A stretch of DNA of 62,829 nucleotides, the filler included, from Dugesia japonica (taxonomy: Eukaryota), in NCBI GenBank assembly GCA_001938525.1. It is 5 parts of 5 records of this genome, joined end to end, with 100 filler letters (N's around TTAATTAATTAA, not from the genome) between each part and the next. Parts side by side here need not be neighbours in the genome. Positions count along the whole stretch, not along the records: positions 29,421 to 43,605 come from MQRL01459948.1; positions 43,706 to 53,377 come from MQRL01641283.1; 3 more parts are not named here. One strand, written 5' to 3'. Below, piece after piece: positions 41,080-53,377 of the stretch (its first letter is position 1; each line of letters begins with the position of its first letter). The position numbers were made by a program, and so were the translations under genes. The notes under the pieces were generated by a model. It made no database searches and was not told the origin of the DNA. It saw nothing but the letters and a program-made list of their open reading frames with translations.

Positions 41080-41206
41080 TTAACAAGAACAAAGAAAGCA
41101 AGAATTTGAGTTTAAAACAAAATCTTAAATATTTATTAATATTATTAGTTTATTAATATTATTTGTTAATTAATATTATTTTAATTACAATTTCCTAAAT
41201 AAAATA

Positions 41207-41245
<39 letters not shown>

Positions 41246-42151
41246 GATAGAAAATTTTTTTATTTCTTTTCTTTATTTCTTTTTGAAATCTTGGAAAACT
41301 ATTTTTAAATATTATCAATACTTAATTACATAATTTCAAATATACAAAAATATTTATAAATTTCAGAACTTCTAAATTTAGTAAATTATTTAATGCACAA
41401 ATTTAAGGGAATTTGCCATATGGTATTCAACATTAAACCTCGATTTGGTATTCAACGTTAATAAATAAAGTAAATAAGTAAAATTATGAAACAATGTCAT
41501 TTTATACAAAAAAATTTTAACAGTGAATATCTCAAAATACTAGTGGCATTTCTAAAACTTTATCAACTTAATTATTGATGGTATTATTGTTAATTTCTTT
41601 TAAGTAATAATATTATTTTATACTTCTGAAATAAGTTAGTTATTCATTGTATGTATCATATATTTGTAATCAGTTTTATTTAACTAGTAATGCTGTTCGA
41701 AACTTATTATATTCAAGGATCCATCTACTGTTCGTTAAGTTTCAAGTATATTTTGTCTTGGAACAGAATCCCGTTATAAGAAAAGCACAAAAAAAGGATT
41801 AATTGATAAACAAATAACATATAAATAGGAATTAAACTTATTGCTATAATACGCAAATCAATAAAAATAAAAATAGAAAGAGTGATAAAGAATACAAATA
41901 GTAGCTTGCTACTTTTCAAGGAAAGTGAAAATCAAAGGAATAAGCAAAAAGATATGGTATGGTTGTGTTAAAAACTGTAATTTTTGATTAAATTTTTAAA
42001 TTAATTAATTGTGAAAAAAGTAGAAATATGGATTAAATTAACATACATATGGTTTAATATAAATAAAAAAATAGTTTGTTTTAGTGATGAAAAAATTTTT
42101 TGGCGCAAAATCTTTTAAAAAGGTAGGATGAAATTTTTCTGATCGCATCAA

Positions 42152-42620
42152 AGTAGGTAGATGTGAGTGCATGACACCATGTCCCTTTCTGGAGAGGACA
42201 TGGTATCATGCACTCTCATCTTTTTTGATAGATGTATCAATATGGATTTTTTGATTTAAGAAATTTTATCAGATCAGATTTTTTATCGAATCAAAATTTT
42301 TATTTTTTTGTTTTAACTTATCGTTGAATTTTAGGTGAAATTTAAATTTTGTTTTAATTTATTCTCATTTTTTCTAATTTTAAAAAAGGTATTGCAGTTT
42401 TGGTGAAGGTTGATATTGTGTATGTGTTTATGTAATGGTATTGTTTGTGTGGTTGTCTGTGATGTACATGCTAACATTTGGAGAAAAAACAAAATTTGAT
42501 TCAAATGTGTTGTGTGTGTTCCCTTTTTGAGGTGATGATGATGGTTTTGAGCTAGTTCCACCCATACATTGCTTAAAGGTCTTATGGTTTACTATTTAAG
42601 AAGTATTTAAGCACTGCAAG
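42152..42620 (+). repeat. Polinton-type end (AGTAGGTAGAT) with 63-nt hairpin
   Basis: Terminus matches the inverted ends at 47568, 55502 and 62565; hairpin at 42159-42221; GATC-rich subterminal block. Confidence 0.55.
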
Positions 42621-44220
42621 TATGCTATATATAAAGCTTTTGTTATCAGTATTGTGCACAGTCATTATAGCATTGGATCTGTGTAATGCTGTGGAACTCT
42701 AAATGAATGCTCGACCAGATAGATAAATTACTGGGGGAAATTTCGTTAAGATAAATTGTAGTTTTAATATACTTCTAATTTTCCATCCACTGATTAGTTC
42801 TGAATACACTGCAATTTCTGGATTTGCTTTTTCTCCTATGTTTTCTGTTAGATAGAGTTTTGAGTACTAATAGTATCATCAACATCAAAATTCGACTCCA
42901 TATTAAAATTTATTTCAAATAAAAATTAAGAACATAAATTTGCTTTTTTCAAACAAACTTAATAATTCATATTAAAAAACGGAAAATGCTAAATATTTTA
43001 AATGTTAAATTTCAATACTAAAAACATTTTACATTAATTTAATTTTATATTTTATTCAATTTAAAATATCTTTAAATTTTAAAATTTATTTTATAAATTA
43101 TTTTTCTGATACAAATTTACATCCAAATTTGATTTTAACAAATTCTGTTTTAAAACCATTAAATCTGCTTTCAAAAAACTATCGTATATTTTCCATAAAA
43201 TCATTTGAATATTCAGTTGCCTTGTATGACCATGACTATTCTTTAATTTCTTCTCCATCACCATCCTTTTCAAATTCTGCATAGAATCCAAATTGCACTT
43301 TAGTAGAAAGATAGTGGCACACGGGCACAATTTGGCTATGAGCCAAAATTCGGGCACAATTATTTAAAAGCAGTTATCGCGAGCCCCCCCTCCCCCGGGG
43401 GGCTCGGAAACACATTACGCTTGTGCGGCGTTTTTTAACCATGATTTTTGTGATCGTTTTTTTTTAAGATTTTAGGGATCAAAAAAATTTTGATCGGATC
43501 AAATTTTTTTTGATCTGATCAGTTTTTTTTGATCCTGAAGGTGTGTGTGTATTTTTAAATTTTAAATATTCTGTGTGTTTGGGTTGTTAAGGTGGTTTTT
43601 AAAAANNNNNNNNNNNNNNNNNNNNNNNNNNNNNNNNNNNNNNNNNNNNTTAATTAATTAANNNNNNNNNNNNNNNNNNNNNNNNNNNNNNNNNNNNNNN
43701 NNNNNATATATCAAATTAATTTATGATTAAAATAATAACAAAATTTATTTGCTCGCAACGAAGAAGTGTGATTCGTCATTAACTATAACACGACTAACTA
43801 AAATTAGTTCAAATAACTNNNNNNNNNNNNNNNNNNNNNNNNNNNNNNNNNNNNNNNNNNNNNNNNNNNNNNNNNNNNNNNNNNNNNNNNNNNNNNNNNN
43901 NNNNNNNNNNNNNNNNNNNNNNNNNNNNNNNNNNNNNNNNNNNNNNNNNNNNNNNNNNNNNNNNNNNNNNNNNNNNNNNNNNNNNNNNNNNNNNNNNNNN
44001 NNNNNNNNNNNNNNNNNNNNNNNNNNNNNNTTATTTTCATGTTATATATATTTCACAAAAATATTTTCATAGAGATAAAAATTCTATAAAAAATAATTTA
44101 ACTGTTTTATTTTTTTTAAATTAAAAAAAAATGATAGTGATAGAGTCTATCATGATTTATTTTCAAATATAAATCAAAATAAAATTGATTATTATTATAT
44201 ATTTGGTAATACTTAAAAAA

Positions 44221-44887
44221 TTTGTATATTTTTATGTAAATATTTTAATTCAACATGTACTACTCAAGAAATCAAACATCACGAATGTAGTATATTCCTA
44301 CAACCCGCCTTACGGGAAAAGCTAGAGAAGTATTTTTAAGATTACCATTGTATGACTCAAAAAATAACGAAATTATAAAAAATGCGATTTTAAATAGATT
44401 TATTCTTAATCCAGAACAATACCGATAAACATTTCAATCATCACGAAAGCTCAAGTCAGAAAATCACGTAGAATGGCTACACAGATTAAAATCAGAATTA
44501 GCAAGATGGTTCCAATCTAGAAATGCTAACAATATTGAAGCAATTAAAGAAATTATTTTGGAAGAACAATTTCGAAAAAATATTGTTCCTATTTTAAGAA
44601 GCAAAATCGAAGAAATAGAACATCGGAATATTGGAAAAATGGTAAGGCCGCGGATAGATTTGATACAGCCAAATAATTTAAAAGATATTCAAATAATACA
44701 ATCAATTCAAATCTTCAAAGTTCAAATTTTAAGGAACACAAATGTTATATGTGTGGAGTTCAGGGAAATGTGGCAAAGTATTGCACTAAATCTGTAGTCA
44801 ATGTGGCTAATTTGCCCATAACCGAAGTTCCGGATCNNNNNNNNNNNNNNNNNNNNNNNNNNNNNNNNNNNNNNNNNNNNNNNNNNA

Positions 44888-44950
<63 letters not shown>

Positions 44951-45680
44951 ATTAATAAATTAAATAATTTTAAATAATCAAAATGTAAAATATATTTTCA
45001 AGAAAAAAAAAATTAAATTTATTTGTATTTTATATATGTTTGTATATTTTTATGTAAATATTTTAATTCAACATGTACTACTCAAGAAATCAAACATCAC
45101 GAATGGAGTATATTTTTACAACCCCTTCTTATGGGTAATGCTAGAAAAGTCTTTTTAAGGTTACCATTGGATGACTCAAAAAATAACGATATTATAAAAA
45201 ATGCGATTTGAAATAGATTTATTTTGAATCCAGAACAATACCGAAAAACATTTCAATCATCACAAAAGCTCAAGTCAGAAAACCACGTANAATGGCTACA
45301 CAGATTAAAATCAGAATTAGCAAGATGGTTCCAATCTAGAAATGCTAACAATATTGAAGCAATTAAAGAAATTATATTGGAAGAACAATTTCGAAAAAAT
45401 ATTGTTCCTATTTTAAGAAGCAAAATCGAAGAAATAGAAATCGGAATATTGAAAAAATGGTAAGGCCGCGGATAGATTTGATGCAGCCAAATAATTTAAA
45501 AGATATTCAAATAATACAATCAATTCAAATCTTCAAAGATCAAATTTTAAGGAACACAAATGTTATATGTGTGGAGTTCTGGGAAATGTGGCAAAGTATT
45601 GCACTAAATCTGTAGTCAATGTGGCTAATTTGCCCATAACCGAAGTTCCGGATCAATACATATTCAATGGTAAGATTCAT
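44221..45680 (+). mobile_element. Gmr1-like Gypsy gag with SCAN-like capsid domain and CCHC-like knuckle, two near-identical copies
   Basis: EWSIFLQPLLMG.AR.VF...IKNAILNRFILNPEQYRKTF...W...IILEEQF; KCYMCGV.GNVAKYC; copies at 44221-44836 and 45040-45655. Confidence 0.8.
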
Positions 45681-45835
45681 AAGATTTCATAAAAAATAAA
45701 TGTATTTTTTAGTCTTTTATCTAGTTTTTTTTATTTAGTTTTTCATTTAGTTGTTAAATATTTTATTAAAAATGCTTTTTTTGTAATAAACTAACAAGAT
45801 TTATTTAATTAAAAAAATAACACCAAGTAAACATT

Positions 45836-46290
45836 AAGTTTGATAACAAATTTAGATCCTCTTTGTTATGTTTTTGATTTTCCATATAACTCCTACCGAA
45901 TTAATTGATTTCATATCATCCATTGACTGTCCTCTTCATAATTGTTTTCATCTCGTTCTTTAAAGGATATATAAATAGCCTTATTGACATCAATTTCCCT
46001 GTATAATCTTGAAAACATAGCTTCCAGTATATTTCTATTCTTCTCACGAATTCCAGATAGAAGCAGACTAAATTTAGATATTTTTCTGGAAACTCGTTTC
46101 TAAAATAAAATATTAATTTATAAAAATGAAATAAAAATAATTACATTGAAGTCATAAATAATCGGAGTCTTCAAAAAGAACAACTTTTAACTGTGTAAAT
46201 CAGTAATTTTCTATAGTTCCACATTTATTGTTGACACGTTTTCCTCAGTTAATTGGTTTTCTTGCCTCTTTGAGTTGTAAAAATGATTTA
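45836..46290 (-). pseudogene. Two-exon small gene relic, divergent from 46540
   Basis: GTAATT..TTTTAG intron near 46100-46144; second exon NEFPEKISKFSLLLSGIREKNRNILEAMFSRLYREID; stops present. Confidence 0.4.
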
Positions 46291-46539
46291 TTTTATGTAA
46301 ACCTTTGCTTATATACTAGTTGTGATACACACATGCTCGTTATTTGGGAGTTTCTATTGGTTAATATTTGCTTAAATTGATATGATTTGTTAATATTTCG
46401 TTTAACTGTTGCGATTAGTTAATGTCTGTTATAATTGTTATGATTCGATAATAATNGTTTTAAAAGATGATTAACGGGTTTATATAAATAGGAAATATTT
46501 TAAAAATAAATTCATTTTTACAAAATATCTTTTAATACT

Positions 46540-47095
46540 TTGGTAAATTATTTTAAAAATACCGATCAAAGCGGAAGAGTTCTTGAAAATATTGCTAACC
46601 ATAAAAGATTAGAAAATATAATGGAAGCCATTGATAACGGAACCATAAATATCAATGAAGAAATAAAAGAAAACATAATAAAAGAAAAAACTACTCAAGA
46701 TGAACAAAAATCTGAAAATGTAAAGATGGAAGTTACATGACATGACGATGATGATGATAGTGGACATTTTGAAGAAAGGGACAAAAAATATAAACATTAT
46801 TATGGTAAGAGTTTAATTTATTATTACTTGATTTAATTTCCTTTTAGATTTAGCGTTGGAGGTATTAAATGAAAGATTTCCAGAATATTATCTTGACTGT
46901 GAACTGTTGACATTGGAAATAAATTTCGAACATATTTTGCAAGCAACAGCAATAGACATGAATCTATTTATAAACGAATTCATCTTGGTACTTCAATCGA
47001 ATTTCCCGGGCAATGCAAACAAGACGCATTATGACATTTTAAAAGAAAACATTTTGAAGATGGCTGAAGATTTTAAGAATAAAATGTTATTTTAA
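46540..47095 (+). pseudogene. Two-exon acidic gene relic (intron 46805-46847, one in-frame TGA at 46738)
   Basis: The two listed ORFs join in frame via HDDDDDSGHFEERDKKYKHYY/DLALEVLNERFPEYY; TATA box upstream and AATAAA at the stop. Confidence 0.55.
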
Positions 47096-47229
47096 TAAAT
47101 TTTTTATTAGATAATTGCTTTCTTTTATTTATTTTTTTTATCATTAATAAATTAATAAGGTTTTGTAAGTAGTAAAACAATAAATTTTCATTATTGTAAA
47201 TAGTTTTTTATTAATGAATACAACATTTA

Positions 47230-47568
47230 TGCAATAGGAATGTTATATGTATGTAATAACAATGCACCACGTGCCTGGAAATTTTAGTTAATGCAATGAG
47301 CATGCAATATGAATGCAATACAACAACACGTGCTTGGAGAATTGTAGACTGCACCATCTCATTCAAAATATCCAGACTGCTCAAAAAAATTTTAAAATAT
47401 TAAGACTGTCCTCATCCTCTGCAGAAAATATAAAAAATACCCCAGTTTGGATATAAATATAAAGCCTGCTCAAAACATACATCTGTTTTACAAAAAAACT
47501 TTTATTTTCATTAAGCCGTTTTTGAGGTGGGGTGTAAACTTTGCCCCATGTGCTACTATCTACCTACT
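47230..47568 (-). repeat. Polinton-type terminal repeat
   Basis: Ends CTACTATCTACCTACT; short GGGG/CCCC hairpin; AGACTG units complementary to the 28680-29080 array. Confidence 0.6.
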
Positions 47569-48413
47569 TGGATAGTCTACTTAAAAATATTCCTGATACT
47601 GCTGCTTTTTAGATGATATTATAGTCTATTCACATACGAACCAAGAACATATTGAAACTTTGAGAAAGGTACTAAAAGCATTATTGGCAACCGTTCTTAC
47701 AGTTAATCGTATAAAGAGTAAGCTTATGATGTTTAAAACCGAGTTTCTGTGTAAGATAATCAGGAATTGAGAGGTTTCTCTAATTACAGACAAATTTGCA
47801 ATAATACAAGACCTCTCTCGTCTTAAATCAAAGAAAGAAGTTCACCAGTTTATGGGAATGCTGAATCATTATAGAGCTCATATCAATAATTTAGATTTAA
47901 TTGCTTCGAAATTAACAGGTCTCCCAAACAAGAAGATGTGTGGCAAAGTAAAGTGGAAATCAGAATGTGAAGAGAGCTTCAAGAAATAAAGAGATGCTGA
48001 CAACAGCACCTATATTGAGAACGGCAGACCATGCTAAAATATTTTATGTTCAGACAAATGCCTCGGACAAGGCAATTGGAACTATTCTGTCTAAAATATT
48101 TAATGATAATGAACACACTATTGTTTTTCGATCAAAGAAGATAATTGAGTCACAGCAGAGATAGTCAGTGATAGAAAAAGAACTATACGAAATTGTTTAA
48201 GCGATTGAGGAATTTCATTATTACTTATATGGTAGCCTATTTATCCTGCAATCTGATCACAAACCCTTATCATGGCTGCGTACGAATAAAAACAAAATTG
48301 CTAGATTGAACTTACTTTTACAGGAATATCAGTTTCAAGTACACTACATAAAAGGAATAGATAATCAAAACAGTGATTTTTTGAGCAGTCTGTGGAAGGA
48401 TATTGAGAAGTAA
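47569..48413 (+). mobile_element. Gypsy RT C-half and RNase H, ending without downstream integrase (Gmr1-like)
   Basis: AAFLDDIIVYS, FMGMLNHYR, QTNASDKAIG, VIEKELY, SDHKPLSWL, NSDFLS, then stop. Confidence 0.85.
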
Positions 48414-48807
48414 TAGGACTAATTTGACAATTAATTTAACTAATTTAAATTGATTGATTTAAATTTGTTTAAACTTGTTGTTTTGTAGATAAATACATTT
48501 TTAAATTTGGATTTCAATTATTTTCATTTGTAAATTGTCACACCACTGATCTTCTATCACTTTCTTCATGCTTCTACTTGTCTTTCCATCTTCAATATTT
48601 GTCTATCTCTCTTATCTACTTCTATCAACTTCTCATTCATAAAATAAATACTTTCTCTCCAATCGCATTCACATCTTTCCACTTCTCTACTTACTGAGGA
48701 TAAACCATCAAACTCCAAGTTAATATACGGCTTCAAAGTAGCTTCTATACTGTCGGAGTCTGAACATTTAGGAATTTCTCTCATTCAAGTTCCTCATAAT
48801 CTTCATA

Positions 48808-48812
48808 TTATG

Positions 48813-48863
<51 letters not shown>

Positions 48864-48949
48864 NNNNNNNNNNNNNNNNNNNNNNNNNNNNNNNNNNNNN
48901 NNNNNNNNNNNNNNNNNNNNNNNNNNNNNNNNNNNNNNNNNNNNNNNNN

Positions 48950-49012
<63 letters not shown>
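48808..49012. repeat. (ATT)n microsatellite; others at 16893-16927, 53330-53377, 62770-62829, (TAAA)n 44887-44950, (TA)n 41212-41238
   Basis: Direct reading. Confidence 0.95.
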
Positions 49013-49013
<1 letters not shown>

Positions 49014-49942
49014 CATTGGAATTAATTTAATCTACATAGCATTTGTGCACACTGTAAATATAAATGCTTACGTCCCGAATTCCATACAAACAAACGTTGT
49101 TTATGTTGTTTAAATTATTTCATAATATAATTAAATGAAATTCTATAATAATTGAATAATTAAATTAAACTAATATAATTTTACTAAATATTCACTGAGA
49201 TTCAACAATTTACACCTCGTATCTATATTCTATTCAAACAAATATTTCTATCAATTTTAATTAAGCCAATTTTATTATTTAAGGTTGTTCATTTGAACTG
49301 ATCTTATAATTTAAATATTGATCACGAATCGTATAATTTATATTCATTTGGAGAATAAGTCTCTCATTATCTAGATGCAAAATCTAATTATTAAAAAATG
49401 ATTTTTAATTCAATAGAAAAACTGTCTTCTTTAAATGAAAAACATGATTTATAATTACCTTTTAAAATTTCTCATCTAACATGGTTTCCTCAATTCCTGC
49501 TTTCTTTAAAGAAATTAATAAAATGATAAAAGTGATCAATGAATCATGTGCTATAATAGCTGCCCATTAAGCTAGCATTTTCATTTTTATGTTTTTCATC
49601 TTATATTCGTTATTTTTAAAATTTTCTTTTANNNNNNNNNNNNNNNNNNNNNNNNNNNNNNNNNNNNNNNNNNNNNNNNNNNNNNNNNNNNNNNNNAATC
49701 TTTGATTTTTTAAAGCAAGTTACAAATAAATTTGATATCTTCAAGTCTTTTTGTAGCTTTGTCTGACGTGTTTATAAGATGACTGGTAAATTTCTTAATT
49801 AATAAATAAGGTTGAGAGCAAATATTAAACTGATTTGGCTTCGATTTTACAAAATCTGACTTGTTATTTATCTTAGAAACTTCAATCTTAATTTTTTTAT
49901 TTTCTTCAACAATATTAATTTAATAATTATAATTACTTCTGA

Positions 49943-50480
49943 TCAATGGCGTAGAGAGAGGAGTAGTCCCTAAAATTTGACGTCCCTCTCAATCAAATAT
50001 ATTGTGATTTATATGTAGAAAAAGTCAAAACTATACAATTTCTTTTCTTTTTAAAAAGATTTTATTAAAATTTATTTATTTATTTAATAAAAAATGACCA
50101 GAATCATAATATCTCAGTGATGGGTCGAGGAAGAAAATAACTCAAACAATAGCTCCACAGTTCCAAAAAAGTAATAGAATTCACAGCAACAAAAGCTGCA
50201 TATACACCCGCCAAATTCAACGTATGATTTATACTGGCGGCAAATTATGCTTTTCAATTAATTTTCTCGATGTCCCTTTGAACACTAGTATGCTGACCAG
50301 CCGACACAGCAGCATTATTATATATAATTATTCCTATACAATTTTGAATGGAAATTTCATCGTTTGCTTATTTCTTCAAAATCATTTTCAAGATTCTCTC
50401 GTCACTTTTACCTTTTATTTTGATGAATTCAAGAAATGAATCCACAACTTTTACATGCCTTCCTTCGATCATAACGTAAN
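49943..50480 (-). mobile_element. hAT (Tip100/ZMYM1-like) transposase fragment with terminal CAATGGCGTAG
   Basis: RYV...VVDSFLEFI...YNNAAVSAGQHTSVQ..I.KIN.KA....NHTLNLAGVYAA. Confidence 0.75.
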
Positions 50481-50634
50481 NNNNNNNNNNNNNNNNNNNN
50501 NNNNNNNNNNNNNNNNNNNNNNNNNNNNNNNNNNNNNNNNNNNNNNNNNNNNNNNNNNNNNNNNNNNNNNNNNNNNNNNNNNNNNNNNNNNNNNNNNNNN
50601 NNNNNNNNNNNNNNNNNNNNNNNNNNNNNNNNNA

Positions 50635-52730
50635 CCTCAAATTTCTCAAAATCTAAGAAGACAACCAATGCATTTAGAAGATAAAGTTGATAAATAAATT
50701 GGAGATTTGTTAGAATCAAAAATTATACGGCCATGTAAAAGCCCATAGAATTCTCCTTTAGTGATAGTACCAAAGAAAGATGATTTTATCCGAATGTGTT
50801 TGAATTTTCGACGGTTGAATGAAATAACTGAAAAAGTTTCATTTCCCGTACCTGACATAAACACACTTTGGGATACTTTAAATGTATCAACTATTTTTTC
50901 GTTTATATACTTAGGACAAGCTTATTATCAAATTGTGTTAGACAAAGATTCACAAATGAAAACAGCTTTTAGTACTACAATTGGGCAATTCTGCTTTAAC
51001 NNNNNNNNNNNNNNNNNNNNNNNNNNNNNNNNNNNNNNNNAGAGTTTAATGAATTTGATTTTTAAAGGAATGCTGTATAAAGGTGTAATTGTTTATTATG
51101 ATAACATTTTAGTTTATGGAAGAACTGTCGATGAACATAATCAAAGATTAGGAAAAGCATTTGAAATAATTAAAGCATCAATATTAAAAGTTAAATTAGT
51201 AAAGTGTGTATTTGGAACTGATAAATTGAATTTTTTGAGGCACACAATTAGTCAAAAAAGAATNNNNNNNNNNNNNNNNNNNNNNNNNNNNNNNNNNNNN
51301 NNNNNNNNNNNNNNNNNNNNNNNNNNCAAATAAGATCATTTTTGGGACTAACTAATTATTACCGTCAATTTATCAAAGATTATGCCACTATTACTGCACT
51401 ACTGTGTGCAATGATATCAGGAAAAGAAAAATTGATCGAGTGGTCCAAAGAGGCTGAAAGTAGTTTCCAAAAGCTAAAGTATGAATTTACAGCACCAATA
51501 TTAGCATTTCCTGATCCATCAAAAGAAATGATTCTGGACACTGAGGCAAGTTTTGAAGCTATTGGAGCTGTTCTAAGCCAAAACGATAACAAAGGTGATG
51601 AAAATATTATAGGTTTTGCGTCGATAGTTTTAAATTCTCATGAGAAAGGTTATTGTGCAACCAGAAAAGAACTTTTGGCTATTCATGAATTTTTTATGCA
51701 TTTTAAGNNNNNNNNNNNNNNNNAAAAGTTTAAAATAAGAACTGAAAAAACAAATAAACCAATTAGTCCACAGTTTCAGACTTGGTTTGCTAATCTTTTT
51801 AAATTTAATTTTTATTTAGAATATTGAAAAGGAACGAATCACAGTAATGCTGATGGGCTTTCCAGAATAAATGAAACGCTGTGTACTTAATGCTTAACCA
51901 AACATTACCATGATGGTAGAGGAACTAAATGGAAAATACTATTTATAAACCGTTTAAACGAAAATGTATTTTATGAAAAAAACTTTGAAGAGTTGCAAAA
52001 CCAATGTGGAATACTAAGATAACTAATACGCTGGTTACAAGGCTGGGATAATAATGTTACTACTGACGTGAAGTAAAGCAGATATTTTAAAAGTTTAGAT
52101 AAATTCAAATTATTTGGGAATATTATGATTAAAGATGAACAAGAGGATAAACTAATCGTTATACCTGAAAATCACTGAAAAAATTTAGTTAAATACTTGA
52201 ACGAAGAACTATGTCATTTGGGAAGCAAGAAGTTAGTGGAATATATTCAAGAGATATATTTCTGGCCTGATATNNNNNNNNNNNNNNNNNNNNNNNNNNN
52301 NNNNNNNNNNNNNNNNNNNNNNNTAGTGGAATATATTCAAGAGATATATTTCTGGCCTGATATGAGTAGAAAAATAGAACACTAAATTCAAAAATGTAAA
52401 ATATGTGCTACAAAGAAAGGTCAACACTTGTCGAACAAAAGAACTATTGTTACCAAGAGAGGATTTTGGACCACTAAAACAATTTGTAATAGATGTGGCC
52501 TACTTTTCTGAGTATAAGTCTAATCAAAAGTACTTGTTTGTTATTATCGATAGATTTAGCAAACTAGTTCGATTGATACCTCTTAGTAAACAGGATGAAA
52601 CAGCAATATCAGATGCAAACTCAAAATCAATCTTATCTGACCGGGGTAGAAATTTTGAAGGCAGCAAAATGAACGAGCTTTGTGTAAGATTTGGAATTAC
52701 ACAGGAATTTACATTACCTTCCCAAAATTG
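50635..52730 (+). mobile_element. Ty3/Gypsy pol relic: RT-RNase H-integrase
   Basis: RMCLNFRRLN, KTAFST, VYYDNIL, FLGLTNYYR, LDTEASFEAIGAVLSQ, RKELLA, LCHLG...YFWPDM, IIDRFSK, SDRGRNF. Confidence 0.92.
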
Positions 52731-53326
52731 AAAAAATTTAAAAAGGCCATCCAAAAAAAAACAAAGTCGAAAAATTAGAATAATAATCAAAAACAAAAAA
52801 AACATTTGATAGTAGCTGTTACTTTAATTGGATTTTTTCTAAATTCGAAATTTGAAAATATTATCAAAAACAAATTAGATCGACGCTTTTATTTGGCATG
52901 TATTTAAAACATTAGTATGTAATACATTTTTATTAGTATTTTACATTAATTTGTCAGTATGTATTTATAAGTAATCAGTATTCAAGGAATTAATCTTAAA
53001 GTGGTTGATTTAATCAGTATAATAACTAACATATCAATATAAAATATAAATTATCAGTATAATAAATAAAAGATCGGCATACTGATCAATTTTATTTTAA
53101 TGAATTCTAAATAGAATCAGTAAATAATGCAATACAATGAACAAACGTTTAATATATAATTTGAAAGAAAGTGATAACTTTAAAAACTATGATGGGACAA
53201 TATCATTTTAATAGTATTTACTTTATTTATTTTTTATCCTATAAATAAGCACAACGTTTATCAAGGAAAATTCAACACAACTCCTTAAGCTGAAAAGATA
53301 TTTGTTGCAAATAAAATTATAATAAA

Positions 53327-53377
<51 letters not shown>

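Noticed and set aside
41725-41919. 64-aa hydrophobic ORF upstream of piwi
   Set aside because: Non-ATG start and AT-driven composition; no support.
44221-45655. Tandem gag duplication as a biological event
   Set aside because: Near-identical copies straddle an N gap and microsatellite; could be haplotype or assembly redundancy. The same applies to repeats around gaps at 52235-52360 and 56230-56900.
48810-49025. Poly-Ile/Leu ORF and other ORFs spanning N runs
   Set aside because: Microsatellite and gap artefacts.
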